A stretch of DNA of 64,000 nucleotides. Origin: an uncultured Actinomycetota bacterium (lineage in GTDB: Bacteria > Actinomycetota > Thermoleophilia > RBG-16-64-13). A program made the position numbers and the translations under genes. Location: the NCBI GenBank assembly GCA_963822135.1, contig CAWGGI010000007.1, positions 7,950 to 71,949 on the forward strand, in the 5' to 3' direction. The notes below the pieces were generated by a model. The model had not been told where the DNA came from. It did no database searches and worked only from the letters and a program-made list of their open reading frames with translations. Shown piece after piece: positions 1 to 10,249 of the stretch. The stretch's first letter is position 1. Each line of letters opens with the position of its first letter.

Positions 1-2
1 CT

Positions 3-477
3 GGCCCCTTGCATTTACTGGCGAAGGGGGCAGCGACCAGCAGTGCCTTCGAGCGAGATACGAACTTGTCTGACCTGGAACTTCCGATTAAACCTGCCAG
101 CATCGTGCTGTTGGTGGAGGAACGTGATTGGGCTTCCCCGAGCAGGCTCTTCGCGAAGCTTCCGCATAAAACGGATCCCGTTCTCAGCTGGGCCAAGCGC
201 CAGTCGCTGCCACTCGTGGTCGGATGTATGGGATCCATCCCTGATGACGTGGACGAAGTTGTCTTCGCTCCGCTATGGCCTCAACCCGGACGTTCCCCTC
301 GTCCCGGGAAAGCCCCCGTTCAGGAGCAGCCTAAAAGGTCGTGACCGCACCAGGACCACCGGCCAGCTCCTCCAGGGTAATCTAGGGCCTCTCTTCGGTA
401 TCGGCGACATGATGTTCGACCCCGACTATGCGCGCCGAATCCTGGCGGCGCTTCAGAAACCAATCCCTGACGACTGA
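3..477 (+). pseudogene. hypothetical protein fragment (5' end outside window), apparent frameshift near 262-275
   Basis: Protein-like translation in frame 3 (..ASIVLLVEERDWASPSRLFAKLPHKTDPVLSWAKRQSLPLVVGCMGSIPDDVDEVVFA) continues in frame 1 (SLRYGLNPDVPLVPGKPPF..GIGDMMFDPDYARRILAALQKPIPDD*). No family recognised. Confidence 0.3.
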
Positions 478-605
478 CCTGCTGGTAGGAGATCCGATCG
501 TCGGAGCTATCGATCGACGTGGCCCGAACAATGCGTCTTACGATCCAGCCGTCGCGGCACGCTTCGCTTTGAAGTTGCGCGTATAGCGTGCGCCATTTAT
601 CCCGG

Positions 606-1402
606 TCAAGAAGAAGGTCGGTCAGCGAGGACTAACTCCCGCAGCCCCTCTGCGGTGGGATCGACGATCGGGCAGTTGACCCCCGCCGCAATCGCCAGCG
701 GTAGAAAGGCCGAATTGACGACCCGCCGATCGGGGAGACCGTACGAAACGTTGCTAGCCCCAAGGGTTAGATTGCAGCCAAGTTCTTTGCGGATGAGCGC
801 CGCAGCCTCCAGAGTCACTTCAGAGCAGCACCTGTATCGTTGCACGACAGTCATGCAGGCACAATCGACGATCACGTCCTCACGGGGAACCCCCGGGCCT
901 CGGCCGTCTCCACTATCTTGCGTGCCACTGAAAGCCGGCCCTGGGCATCGCCGGGGACTCCGCTGCTGTCCGAGGTCAGTGCGATGACCGCGCTTCCATA
1001 ACGTCTAACCAGTGGCAGGACGCCCTGCAGCCTAGCTTCCTCTCCGTTGACCGAACTCACCAGCATTTTGCCTTCATACACGCTGAGCGCCGCTTCCAGG
1101 ACCGCGGGATCGGGGCTGTCGACGCAGAGAGGTACATCCGTTACTTCCATCACCGCCTTGATGGCACCGCGAATCGCAGCAACCTCGTCCAGGTCTTGAT
1201 AGCTCACGACGATGTCGATGATCTGGGCGCCCGCGTTCACCTGTTCCAAGGCTTCTCGCTGAATCATGGAATAGTCTCCGACAAGAAGGGCCTGCCCCAG
1301 GCCCCTCCGAGCGAGGGGACTAATCCGCTCACCGATTAGGACGGTCGGCCCATCCGGCGAGATCTCGAGGGTCCGAGTGCGGCTAGAGACAGTCGTTATC
1401 AT
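606..1402 (-). pseudogene. methyl-corrinoid:tetrahydrofolate methyltransferase, pterin-binding domain (MtgA/MeTr-like), frameshifted as sequenced
   Basis: Track pieces 872..1468 and 606..875 read as one pterin-binding domain (..LIGERISPLARRGL..AGAQIIDIVV..PLCVDSPDP..SSVNGEE..AVIALTSD, then ..TLGASNVSYGLPDRRVVNSAFLPLAIAAGVNCPIVDP). Likely start MITTVSS at 1402, 7 nt after the upstream stop. Frame change near 872-880. True 3' end may lie further left. Confidence 0.7.
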
Positions 1403-1409
1403 GCGACAG

Positions 1410-2952
1410 TCACGCGAACGGATAGCCAGGAGAACTGAGGTCTCCCTGACAAAGCCGCCACTCTTCATCGGAGATCAGGCCCTTGCCACGGTAGTACTGA
1501 CGGGCCTCGCTGAGAATCCCCTCGATAGCTGCTTCCTGGTCCGGCGGAAGCGGGGTGGGCGTGTGCGTCGCCAGGATCTGCTCCATCCTCTCCAGCCCGT
1601 GCTGAATCGCAGTCTTTAGCCGGACATGACCCATTGCTCGTAGGGAAGATGGTCGGCGCTCTTGGTCAGATACTGCTCGCTTTTCCACCACTTGCGGGTG
1701 TGAGCGGTGGTTAAGAAGTCACCCGGGATGGGCCCTACAGCGTCGATCACATCGACAGCGAGTGTCTCCGCGGTCACCTCGATCCCCTCAGATAGCGTCC
1801 CACCATCCCCGCGACATCATCGTCTCGGATGATCTTGACCGGATGGAGCGCCTTCTGCTGCGTGAGCCCTCCATGGAAGAAGAGCATGCTCGCCCCTGCC
1901 AGGGCGCCGAGGGTAAAGCCCATGGTCGTCTCATAGCCTGCCTGAAAGTCGATAGTCTTCGCTCCCGCCAGCGCGCCCGCTGAGAAACTCCCAGTCGGGA
2001 GCCCGAACCTACGCCAGACCTGATGGAACGCGGTGTCGAGCAAGAGTTCCCCGCTTGCGCAAAGCCGGGTGCGCCTGTGCGCATATCCTGCAGCATGGCC
2101 ATGTTGTTGCAGATGATCCTGGTCCCCGGTCGGTTAAGCTGGGCCAAGATCGCCCCGGACAAGAACTCGGCATTGTTCTGGACAAGCAGTCCTGCAATCG
2201 TTGCTGGCCCAGTCGCGCCTCCGACAGGCCCGGAAGTGATGAAGAACGGCATATCGACATTCGAGAAGTAGAGAATCTTCTCGACTGTCTCGTCGCTCAG
2301 CGTCAGAGGTGCACCGGGGTTAGTGAGGTTGATGAGATCCTGGTTGGTGGCCTGAGCCATCTCGATATTCCACCGGTAGTTGTCCAGCACGGACCCTTCC
2401 ACCTGCGGCTTCGTGGTGTTGCGAATCTTGGCCGCATTCGACTCGAGCAAAGCCATCGCTTCCGGGACCTTGTCGAACCCATACCACGGGAAGTTGGTGC
2501 TCCCGTCAACCGTCGGCAACGCATCCATGATCGTGACTAGGTCATAGAACTCTTTCCTCGTCGGTCTTCTGGGCCTCCAGGTCTCCAAATCGAGCATGTT
2601 CAGCCCTTGCGAGGGGATGAGGTAGGTCGCCTCCGGATCGCCAAGGTCCCAGTCATTCTTGGACTCACGAGCCTTGAGCTGGAAGCGTCCCGGGCAAGCG
2701 GCGATGCACTCCTCAACTAGCGTCGAAGGGAACCGGACTCGGTCGTTGGAAGGATCCACTTTGCAGCCGTGTTCGCCGAGAAGGGCTTCAGCTTTCTTGT
2801 GTGAAACGGTCACGCCGGTGCGCCAAAGCACTTCAAGGGAGGCTGCGTGGATGACCTCGACCTGGCCTTCTGTCAGCACCTCGAACCGAGGTACTCCCCG
2901 CCGTAATCCCCCTCTCCGCTGCAGGCACTCCGGTTTGGTCCGGCACGGGCAT
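1410..2952 (-). pseudogene. MttB-superfamily methyltransferase (non-pyrrolysine type, quaternary amine:corrinoid), about 4 frameshifts as sequenced
   Basis: Pieces 1788..2879, 1774..2043, an untracked frame about 1625-1790 (IEVTAETLAVDVIDAVGPIPGDFLTTAHTRKWWKSEQYLTKSADHLPYEQWVMSG) and 1410..1691 concatenate into one MttB-like sequence (PRFEVLTEGQVEVIHAASLEVL.., ..MLQDMRTGAPGF.., ..FGLPTGSFSAGALAGAKTIDFQAGYETTMG.., ..KTAIQHGLERMEQIL..). ATG at 2952 lies 2 nt after the corrinoid gene stop. Stops at the junctions I inspected directly are TGA (near 1790) and TAA (near 1620), not TAG. Confidence 0.75.
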
Positions 2953-2954
2953 CG

Positions 2955-3616
2955 CTAGTTCTCCTTCATGTCGAGCTGCATCAGGTTTCGAGCGACCCCA
3001 ACCGCCCCGGGTGCGCTCGGGGAGTAGCCATCCGCCCCGATGTTCTCTGCGTATTCAGCGGTCAGGGCCCCACCGCCGACCAACACTCTCACCCGATTTC
3101 GCAGCCCGGCTTGTTGCAGGGCCCCAATGACCGGTCCGATTTCACGAGCAGTAGACGTGAGCAGCGCAGACATCGCCAAGATGTCAGCTTCATGCTCTTT
3201 GACCGCGCTGATGAAGTCATCAGCCTTCACGTCAATCCCCACGTCGTGGACGTCGAAACCGGCCGCCGCCAAAAGGGCTCCGACCATTGACTTGCCGATT
3301 GTGTGGATGTCGCCAGCGACTGTGCCCAGCACCACGACTCCGTGCGAGGTGCGCTTGGCGCCAGACTTGGTGACCGCGTCCTGCAAGGGCACCATGGCGC
3401 TCTCCATGGCTGTCGCGGCGCCAACGAGATCGGGGAGGAACAAATCGCCCGAGCCAAAACCGTCGCCAACGACTTGGATTGCGCCACTGAGGGTTTCCAT
3501 CGCCCTAATCGAGATCACCTCCTCTCCGCAACCCAGGCCGCCGCGAGACTCGCGGCCAAGTCGGGATCATAGTCGAATAGAGCCTGCTTCAATTCCTCGA
3601 GCAAGTCTCGGCTCAC
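2955..3616 (-). pseudogene. corrinoid (cobalamin-binding) methyltransferase partner protein, one frameshift as sequenced
   Basis: B12-binding DxHxxG motif (GDIHTIGKSMVG), ..MSALLTST.., ..VLVGGGAL... N-terminal cap VSRDLLEELKQALFDYDPDLAASLAAAW read from GTG 3616 behind GGAGGGAG. Frame change near 3520-3530. Confidence 0.8.
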
Positions 3617-3697
3617 TGGACTCCCTCCTCTCAATCTTTCTACTAGCTCTTGCCCTCGGAGCCGCACCCTCACCCCCAACAAAGAGGCGGGAACTGA

Positions 3698-4690
3698 TCA
3701 GTTGCGCCGGATCGCCTGAAGTCCGGCCGCAACAAGCAGATCGAGCCCCATGAAAACGTACTGGTAGAAAGCAGAGACGTTCAGGAGGTTCAGGGCGGTC
3801 GAAATGAGCGCTAAGAGCACAGCGGCGACTGCAGACCCAAAGAGGGTGCCCCGGCCTCCGGCCAGACTAGTACCGCCGAGTACGGCAACAGTAATCGCCT
3901 GGAAACCAATGCCGGAAGCCATGACCGGAGAGGCAACGGAAAGCTTGGCAAGCATGAGCACCCCCGTTATCCCGCAGCAAAGGCCAAAAGGGTGAATGCG
4001 ATAGTTCGGACTAGGTATACATTCAGCCCGGCGGCGCGCGCTGCCGCCTCGTTGCTGCCCATTGCCCTTGTATAGCGGCCATATGAAGTGAATCTCAGAT
4101 AGCAGTACATGGCTACATATACCACCGCAGCATGACCAGGAACCCTATTGGGATGCCGACAATCTTCTCCATAAACAGGTACTTCATAAGCCAGGGATTG
4201 GCCATCGGGATTTCTCGGTTGTCCCAATCAGCATGAAGCCGACACCGAGGTAGACATACATCAGCCCCAGAGTCCCGATAAAACTCGGGATTCGAAGTCG
4301 CGTCACAAGGAATCCATTGAAAGTACCCAGCACTATGCTGGTCACAATTCCCAGAAGAACGGCGACAGCCAGACCGGCGACGGGTTGGACTTTGACGATA
4401 GTGAGAGCCGTCATGGCAATAATTCCGGCAGCCGACAGATCAAAGGCACCGTTGATGATTAGGACGGTCATGCCGGCACCGACAGTCCCGAAAGTAGACG
4501 CCGCTAGGAAGATCTTCTGGTAGTTGGTTACGGACCAGAAGTGGTCATTCACGATCGACAGAATCAGGAAGCCGGCGAGGACCAGCAGCACCACCATGTA
4601 CTCGCCGGCGTAATGTCCGGCAAGGCGGCGCGCGCCGTGCAGACGGCCGCCACGCGCTCCAATAGCTGCCACGCCGTCGTCACTGCGCAC
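3698..4690 (-). pseudogene. ABC transporter permease, RbsC/AraH (CUT2) type, frameshifted as sequenced
   Basis: Pieces 4184..4690, 3967..4227 and 3698..3961 join into one TM-rich permease (..FDLSAAGIIAMTA.., ..TSYGRYTRAMGSNEAAARAAGLNV.., ..ITVAVLGGTSLAGGRGTLFGS..). Confidence 0.7.
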
Positions 4691-4756
4691 AGTTGTGTCA
4701 CCCGCTGTGACATCACAGTCTACGTTCCCTTACCGCGCTGGCGACCAGTGCTCTTC

Positions 4757-5732
4757 TCAACGAGTCCAGCGACACTGCGGAAGATCAAGGACCACCCCAA
4801 GGGCTACGTATTGGGAGTACACCGAAACCCTGAGGACGTTGAGGGCAGTGTTTATGCTTGCAAGAAGGATCGCGGCGAGCAGCGTCCCCGGGACGTTGGC
4901 CGTGCCTCCGGCCAGGCTTGCGCCGCCCAGCACGGCGACGGCGATTGTCTTAAGCGCAAAATCGGCGCCCAGAGTTCCGTCAAGGGTCATGAGTTGCGCA
5001 GCGAGCATCACGCCCGAAATGCCTGCGCAAAGGCCCACGATCCCGAATACGGCTGTGGTCTGCCGCCTGACGTTGATCCCGGCGCTGACAGCGGCCGTCG
5101 GGTTTCCACCTATTGCCATGGCATTCCGGCCGAAAGACGTATGCCGGATGACCATGTACATCACGACACACAGGCCAAGTGCTATCACGAAGGGAACAGG
5201 TACGACACCGGCAATTTTGGTGGTGTTGACAGCACGAAATCAGGATGCTTTGTGATGAGAATCGACCCTCCGTTGGTGTACGCGAGGCCTATTCCCCGAG
5301 CCACGCTCATCGTTCCGAGAGTCGCCACGAAAGCAGGAATACCGAACCGGGCTATCGCCGTACCGTTGATGAGTCCAAACCCGAGGCCCACAGCCAGGCC
5401 CGAGCACCGCGAGAAAGACGTTGGTTGTCTGAAGAAGGCCTGCAGTGACCAAGGACGACAGGCACATTACGGATCCCACCCGACAGGTCGAACCCACGCA
5501 TGGCAATCGCCAGCGTCATTCCGTAAGCTGTCACGGCCATGATCGACGCTTGGACCAACATGTTCTGAATATTGGTCAGTGAGACGTAAGAAGGCATCCG
5601 CGCCGAGGTGAAGGCAAAGACCAGCACGAGAAGCACCACGACTGTGAGGGTCTCGGAGAGCCTGAGGAGGCTCAGATACCAGTCCGACTTCTTGGACGCC
5701 CCGGTCTGAGTGGCAGGATCAACGCTTGCCAT
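4757..5732 (-). pseudogene. second ABC transporter permease, RbsC/AraH (CUT2) type, frameshifted as sequenced
   Basis: Pieces 5352..5732, 5185..5391 and 4757..5188 (..RGFDLSGG.., ..GIPAFVATLGTMSVARG.., ..TSFGRNAMAIGGNPTAAVSAGINV.., ..IAVAVLGGASLAGGTANVPGT..). 3' end uncertain. Confidence 0.7.
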
Positions 5733-7239
5733 TTAGCGCCTCTTCCGTCATGTGGCCGATCACGCACGCGACGATGTTATCTTCCGAAATCTGTCCACCC
5801 CTGAGTGTCGTGGTCTGACCGCCGGCACACAGGGATAGACATCGGTCGCAAAGCACCGCGAGTTCCGGGATGTCTGATGAAGAAACGAGAACCGCTGCAC
5901 CGTCCCTTGCGAGGCCTCTTATGATTTCGTGGATCTCTACTTTTGTCCCCACATCGACGCCGCGTGTTGGCTCGTTCAGCAACAGGACACGGCACTTGCT
6001 TGCCAACGCGCGGCCGAACAGAACTTTCTGTTGGTTCCCGCCACTGAGAGTCGAAACAAGCTGTTTGGGAGAGTGCGCCCGGATACCCAGAAAGGTTTTC
6101 AGTTCTTCATAGGTGCGCCCTTCGACTCTAGGTCTGAGAAACAACGGTGAGCGCTTGCCGGGCTGCCTAGCGATCAGGGCATTCTCAAGAACAGACAGAA
6201 CGGGGAAGATGCCCTCAGTCTTCCGGTCCTCGGCAAGCATGAACATGCCCTTATCTATCGCGTCGGTGGAAGTCTTTATGCGTACAGGGCGTCCTTCAAG
6301 CAGAATCTCGCCGCGGTGCGGTTCGAGCCCGAAAAGTGCCCTCATCAGTTCCGAGCGGCCCGATCCCACAAGTCCGGCAATACCCAGCACTTCGCCGTAG
6401 TGCAGAGCAAACGACACTTCACCCAGTGCACCAGGAACCGACAGGTTGTTGACCGCAAGCGCTGGAGTCTCGTTGGTCAGTGCTCCGACATGCTCGGAAG
6501 ATACCGCTGCTTCGACATCCCTTCCCAGCATCCACTTGACGATGTCGTGCTCGGTGCACTCGCGCACCATGGCCGTCGCCACCTTCTTGCCGTCGCGCAA
6601 GACACTAACCAGGTCTGCGATCTGGAAAATCTCACGCAAGCGATGAGAGACGTAGACGACCCCATACCCTTGCTCGCGTAGGCCCCCGATGATTGAGAAG
6701 AGACGTTCGACCTCACCAAAGTTTAGAGTGGCCGTCGGCTCGTCCATTATGATGACCTTGAAGTCTTGCGACAGGGCCTTGGCGATCTCAACAAGCTGTT
6801 TGTCCGATACGCTCAAGTGCTCAACGCGCTGATTGACGGACACGTGGAGGCCCAGATTGGCGACGATTGTCTGCGCTTCGCTCCTGACCTTCTTCCAGTC
6901 GATCAGTCCGTTGCGCCTTAGGGGCTCCCGGCCGAGGAAGATGTTCTCGGCCACAGTCATCTGGGGCACTAGGTTCAGTTCCTGAGCGATGATGCTGATG
7001 CCAGCCTGCTGAGACTGACGGGCGTTGGCAAAATGGACCTCACCGCCGTTGACTTTGATAACGCCTTCCTCGGGCTGCAGCAGTCCACCGATGACTTTGA
7101 TCAAAGTGCTTTTTCCCGCGCCGTTCTCGCCCACAAGCGCGTGGACTTCGCCTGCTCCTACCGCAAAATCAACCCCCGAGAGGGCAGTGACTCCAGGGAA
7201 GATCTTGGTGATACCAGCTGCTTCGACCAGAGGTTCCAA
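5719..7239 (-). CDS. sugar-type ABC transporter ATP-binding protein with two fused ATPase cassettes (RbsA/MglA-like)
   Basis: Intact 506-aa ORF. Walker A GENGAGKST, signature LSVSDKQ, Walker B VIIMDEPT. Second cassette has signature LSGGNQQK and LLLNEPT. Confidence 0.9.
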   Translation of the reverse strand: MEPLVEAAGITKIFPGVTALSGVDFAVGAGEVHALVGENGAGKSTLIKVIGGLLQPEEGVIKVNGGEVHFANARQSQQAGISIIAQELNLVPQMTVAENIFLGREPLRRNGLIDWKKVRSEAQTIVANLGLHVSVNQRVEHLSVSDKQLVEIAKALSQDFKVIIMDEPTATLNFGEVERLFSIIGGLREQGYGVVYVSHRLREIFQIADLVSVLRDGKKVATAMVRECTEHDIVKWMLGRDVEAAVSSEHVGALTNETPALAVNNLSVPGALGEVSFALHYGEVLGIAGLVGSGRSELMRALFGLEPHRGEILLEGRPVRIKTSTDAIDKGMFMLAEDRKTEGIFPVLSVLENALIARQPGKRSPLFLRPRVEGRTYEELKTFLGIRAHSPKQLVSTLSGGNQQKVLFGRALASKCRVLLLNEPTRGVDVGTKVEIHEIIRGLARDGAAVLVSSSDIPELAVLCDRCLSLCAGGQTTTLRGGQISEDNIVACVIGHMTEEALNGKR

Positions 7240-7315
7240 TGCGTGACTCCCGTTGGCGCGGTGTGCGGCTGCTCACGCGAGCAGCCGCACACCACAATCT
7301 TCGTGCTAACTCTTG

Positions 7316-8413
7316 TTAACTACTTGGACTCGTCGTACCAAGCCTCTGATTGAGCGTAGCCTGGTAATCATCCACGTTGTCTTTCGTGATCGTCATCACG
7401 GGGAAGAAGATGGACTTGGTTGCTTCTTCCGAGAATGCGACCGTTTCGCCCTTCAGGAACTGCATCGCAAGCTCTACACACTTGATGCCCTGACCGTATG
7501 GGTCCTGAGCGATGGTGGCGGCCATGTCACCGCTCTTGATAAGCTCAAGAGCGGGCGGGTCGCCGTTGTAGCCGCAAAGCACGATTCCACTGACCGGATC
7601 TTTTCCCGCCTGCTTGAGAGCCTGCGACGCGCCCTCGCCCATCGGGTCGTTGCACGTGTACACACCCGCCAGGTTTGGGTTGGCCGTCATCAAGTCCTGG
7701 GTCGCCTTGAAGCCACCTTGGACCGTATAGTCCCCGACAACCTCGCCGACGATCTTGAAGTCGGACTGCTTGGCCATCGTGTCCTTGAATCCCTGAGCCC
7801 TGCGCTCTCCAACAGGGCCTGCTCCGGCCGGCAGTATGATCATTGCCACTTCTTTGGTGCCTTGCCTGTCCTTCAACTGGTTTATCATGAACGTGGCAGC
7901 TAACACACCGCCATCGTAGTTGTCAGACAGCACAAAGGCGTCGTACGGCCCTTGGGCGCCGACGTCGCCGATTATGACGGGGATCTTCTGGGCATGAGCA
8001 GCGTCAATGATGGCTGGCGTGGCAGCGACCTCAGTCGGCGAAATGATCAGAGCGCTGATGCCCTGGTTGATCAGGTCCATACTCCCTGAAACCTGGATGT
8101 CGGCACTGTTTTTGAAGTCGACCAGAGGCACAGGTTCGCTGGTGTATTTCTTGGCCTGATCCTGAATGCCCTTGTAGTACAGCTGCCAATAGGGTTGTTC
8201 CATCCCCATTGAGCCGTAGCCGAATTTCAACGGTTCTTTCGTAACAAACTGGGAAGTCCCGGCCGCAGCTGTAGTCGCGGTCGCGGGTGCCGCTGTCGTA
8301 GTGGTTGTCTCCTCGGACCCGCAACTGGCTACGAAAACAGCCAGCATGAGACCAAGCAACACCACGGCTACAAGGAACAAGCCGGGTTTCTTATATCTGT
8401 TTGTAAGACTCAT
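7316..8413 (-). CDS. ABC transporter substrate-binding lipoprotein (RbsB/LacI-type periplasmic binding fold)
   Basis: ATG 8413 behind GGGAGGGGAG. Signal peptide with lipobox FVASC followed by a Thr/Ala-rich linker. Alternating beta-alpha sugar-binding-protein-like sequence. Same strand and adjacent to the ATPase and permeases. Confidence 0.85.
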   Translation of the reverse strand: MSLTNRYKKPGLFLVAVVLLGLMLAVFVASCGSEETTTTTAAPATATTAAAGTSQFVTKEPLKFGYGSMGMEQPYWQLYYKGIQDQAKKYTSEPVPLVDFKNSADIQVSGSMDLINQGISALIISPTEVAATPAIIDAAHAQKIPVIIGDVGAQGPYDAFVLSDNYDGGVLAATFMINQLKDRQGTKEVAMIILPAGAGPVGERRAQGFKDTMAKQSDFKIVGEVVGDYTVQGGFKATQDLMTANPNLAGVYTCNDPMGEGASQALKQAGKDPVSGIVLCGYNGDPPALELIKSGDMAATIAQDPYGQGIKCVELAMQFLKGETVAFSEEATKSIFFPVMTITKDNVDDYQATLNQRLGTTSPSS

Positions 8414-8501
8414 TCTGCTCCCCTCCCTACTTGACATCTTTGGCATCAATTCGAGCACGGTGTGCTTCGTACCTAATCGCCAACTTGCTTCACCCCCTCT
8501 C

Positions 8502-8524
8502 CCCCGTTCGCGACTGTCGAACGG
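8502..8524 (-). terminator. hairpin about 40 nt downstream of the alcohol dehydrogenase gene
   Basis: cccgttcg-cgactgt-cgaacggg, an 8-bp stem. No clear U-tract. Confidence 0.35.
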
Positions 8525-8564
8525 GATGTCTGGCGCGGGTTCAACTTCAGAGACCAACAAATCC

Positions 8565-9592
8565 TTACAGGATGAGCACGGCCCGCCCAAGTATCTTGTC
8601 CTGCTCGAGCAGATCCAGGACTTCGTTGACCTCCTCCAATTTGAAGGTCCTCGTCACCCATGGCTTGATCTTGCCCTCGGCTACAAGATCCACGACCTCA
8701 ACCATCTCTTCACGGGTTGCGAGCCGTGACCCTACGATCTCCCACTCGTGATAGTGCATTCCCATCGAGTCGCACGGGAACGGCTTGCCGGGTGTGTAGC
8801 CGACAATCACCAGCCTGCCACCGTTCCTCAAGGCGGGGAACGTCCATTGCACCGACTCGCTCGACCCCACCATCTCAATCACTGCGTCGACCCCAAGCCC
8901 CCGAGTAATCGTGCGAACCTCGGAGAGCGGATCCACCTCTCGGGGATTGATAGTGTGGTCCACTCCCAATTCAGACGCGAGTCTCAACTTGTTCTCGTCG
9001 ATGTCAGCCGCAATCACTTTGGCGCCGCAGAGCTTGGCCACTTGGATGGCGTGAATACCAAGGCCACCGATGCCGACGATGAGGAGAGTGTCAGCGATTT
9101 GTGCCCGAGCTTGCTTCTTGATCGCATGGTAGGAGACGGACATGGCGTCCGTGATAATCGCCGCGTGTTCGTAGGGAATGTTGTCGGGGATCCGGATCAA
9201 TTGACCTGCTGCGACCGCGACATACTCCGCAAAACCGCCGAAGAGTCGAAGCCCACTCTGGTCAAAGAAGGACACAGGTTTTCCAGGCCACCACGACAGA
9301 AATCGCACTCTCCGCACGTGTTGTAGACATACACCACTACTCGGTCTCCCGGGCCGATGCCCTTCACGACATCGCCGACCTTCACGACCTCTCCCGCGAT
9401 CTCGTGCCCCGGCACATGAGGAAGATTGACGAGTGGAGGGCCTATCCGTCCATCCCGTATCTTGACATCGGTCCCGCAAACGCCGCACGCGTGGACTCTG
9501 ACCAGGGCGTCGCCCGGGCCGATTGCGGGGTTGTCGAGCTCGACCACCTCAAGCGGAGTGTTCGTAGCCTTGAGCATCATTGCCTTCATCAT
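8565..9592 (-). pseudogene. zinc-dependent alcohol dehydrogenase (MDR family), one frameshift as sequenced
   Basis: GHEIAGEV catalytic-zinc motif, structural-zinc Cys cluster CGECDFCRGG, Rossmann GIGGLGIHAIQVAK. Pieces 9197..9592 and 8565..9488 joined near 9230-9270. Confidence 0.8.
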
Positions 9593-10249
9593 TCATCTCC
9601 CCCGTGCTGCTCAATCCATCTGAGGACCAAGCCAAGAGACCGACACTAGAGGCGCCTGCTCGAAGTCGCACAACCATCGCCGGGTGCGCGGCCCTTACTC
9701 CTCGTAGACTGCTCGCACACCTTATCGGGGTACCGCGACTACTTGAGGCCAGAGTAAACGGAGGCGCGAGCTCTTGTCAATTCTTTTGTGCAGAAATCTG
9801 CTACGTAATGTGTGCAAAATCGAACAAACATTCACCCGCCATCTTGTAGCGGGCCTTCTTCACTGGAGTGTATGCCGAAGATGCCCGACCACAGGGAAAG
9901 GAGAACTGGGGCAGCAGCTGACAAGATTTCAGTGAAGAACGCGGCTTTGGCCGCGATGTGCGCAGTTCGATTTCGTCCGGGATTCGCCACGATCTTGTAG
10001 GAAGTACCTGGCAATACTTACCACTGTGGAGCGGCTGTCGGCGGAAGACGACGACTTGCCGCCACGCGATCTAGCTGAACGAGCGATATGCCGAAGGGCC
10101 TCGGGTAGGGAGCTCGTGACTCGCACTCCGCAGGCATCGGGACCCCTGCCGCTCCAATCAATAATCCTGCCCCGCAATCGACAAGAGCGGGTGCCATAAC
10201 ACCTGGTGGCGATGCGCTACGCGCATTACTTTGAACAGACCGTACAGCT

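Noticed and set aside
2947-2960. The corrinoid-protein ORF and the MttB-family reading frame are in the same frame, separated by a single TAG (2955-2957). This raised the idea of pyrrolysine read-through or a fusion protein, because canonical MttB uses UAG-encoded pyrrolysine.
   Set aside because: The TAG is at a gene boundary, not at the conserved internal Pyl position. An ATG with tight 2-nt spacing follows it. The frame coincidence has a 1-in-3 chance. No pylTSBCD genes are visible, and the region contains indels that make frame arguments unreliable.
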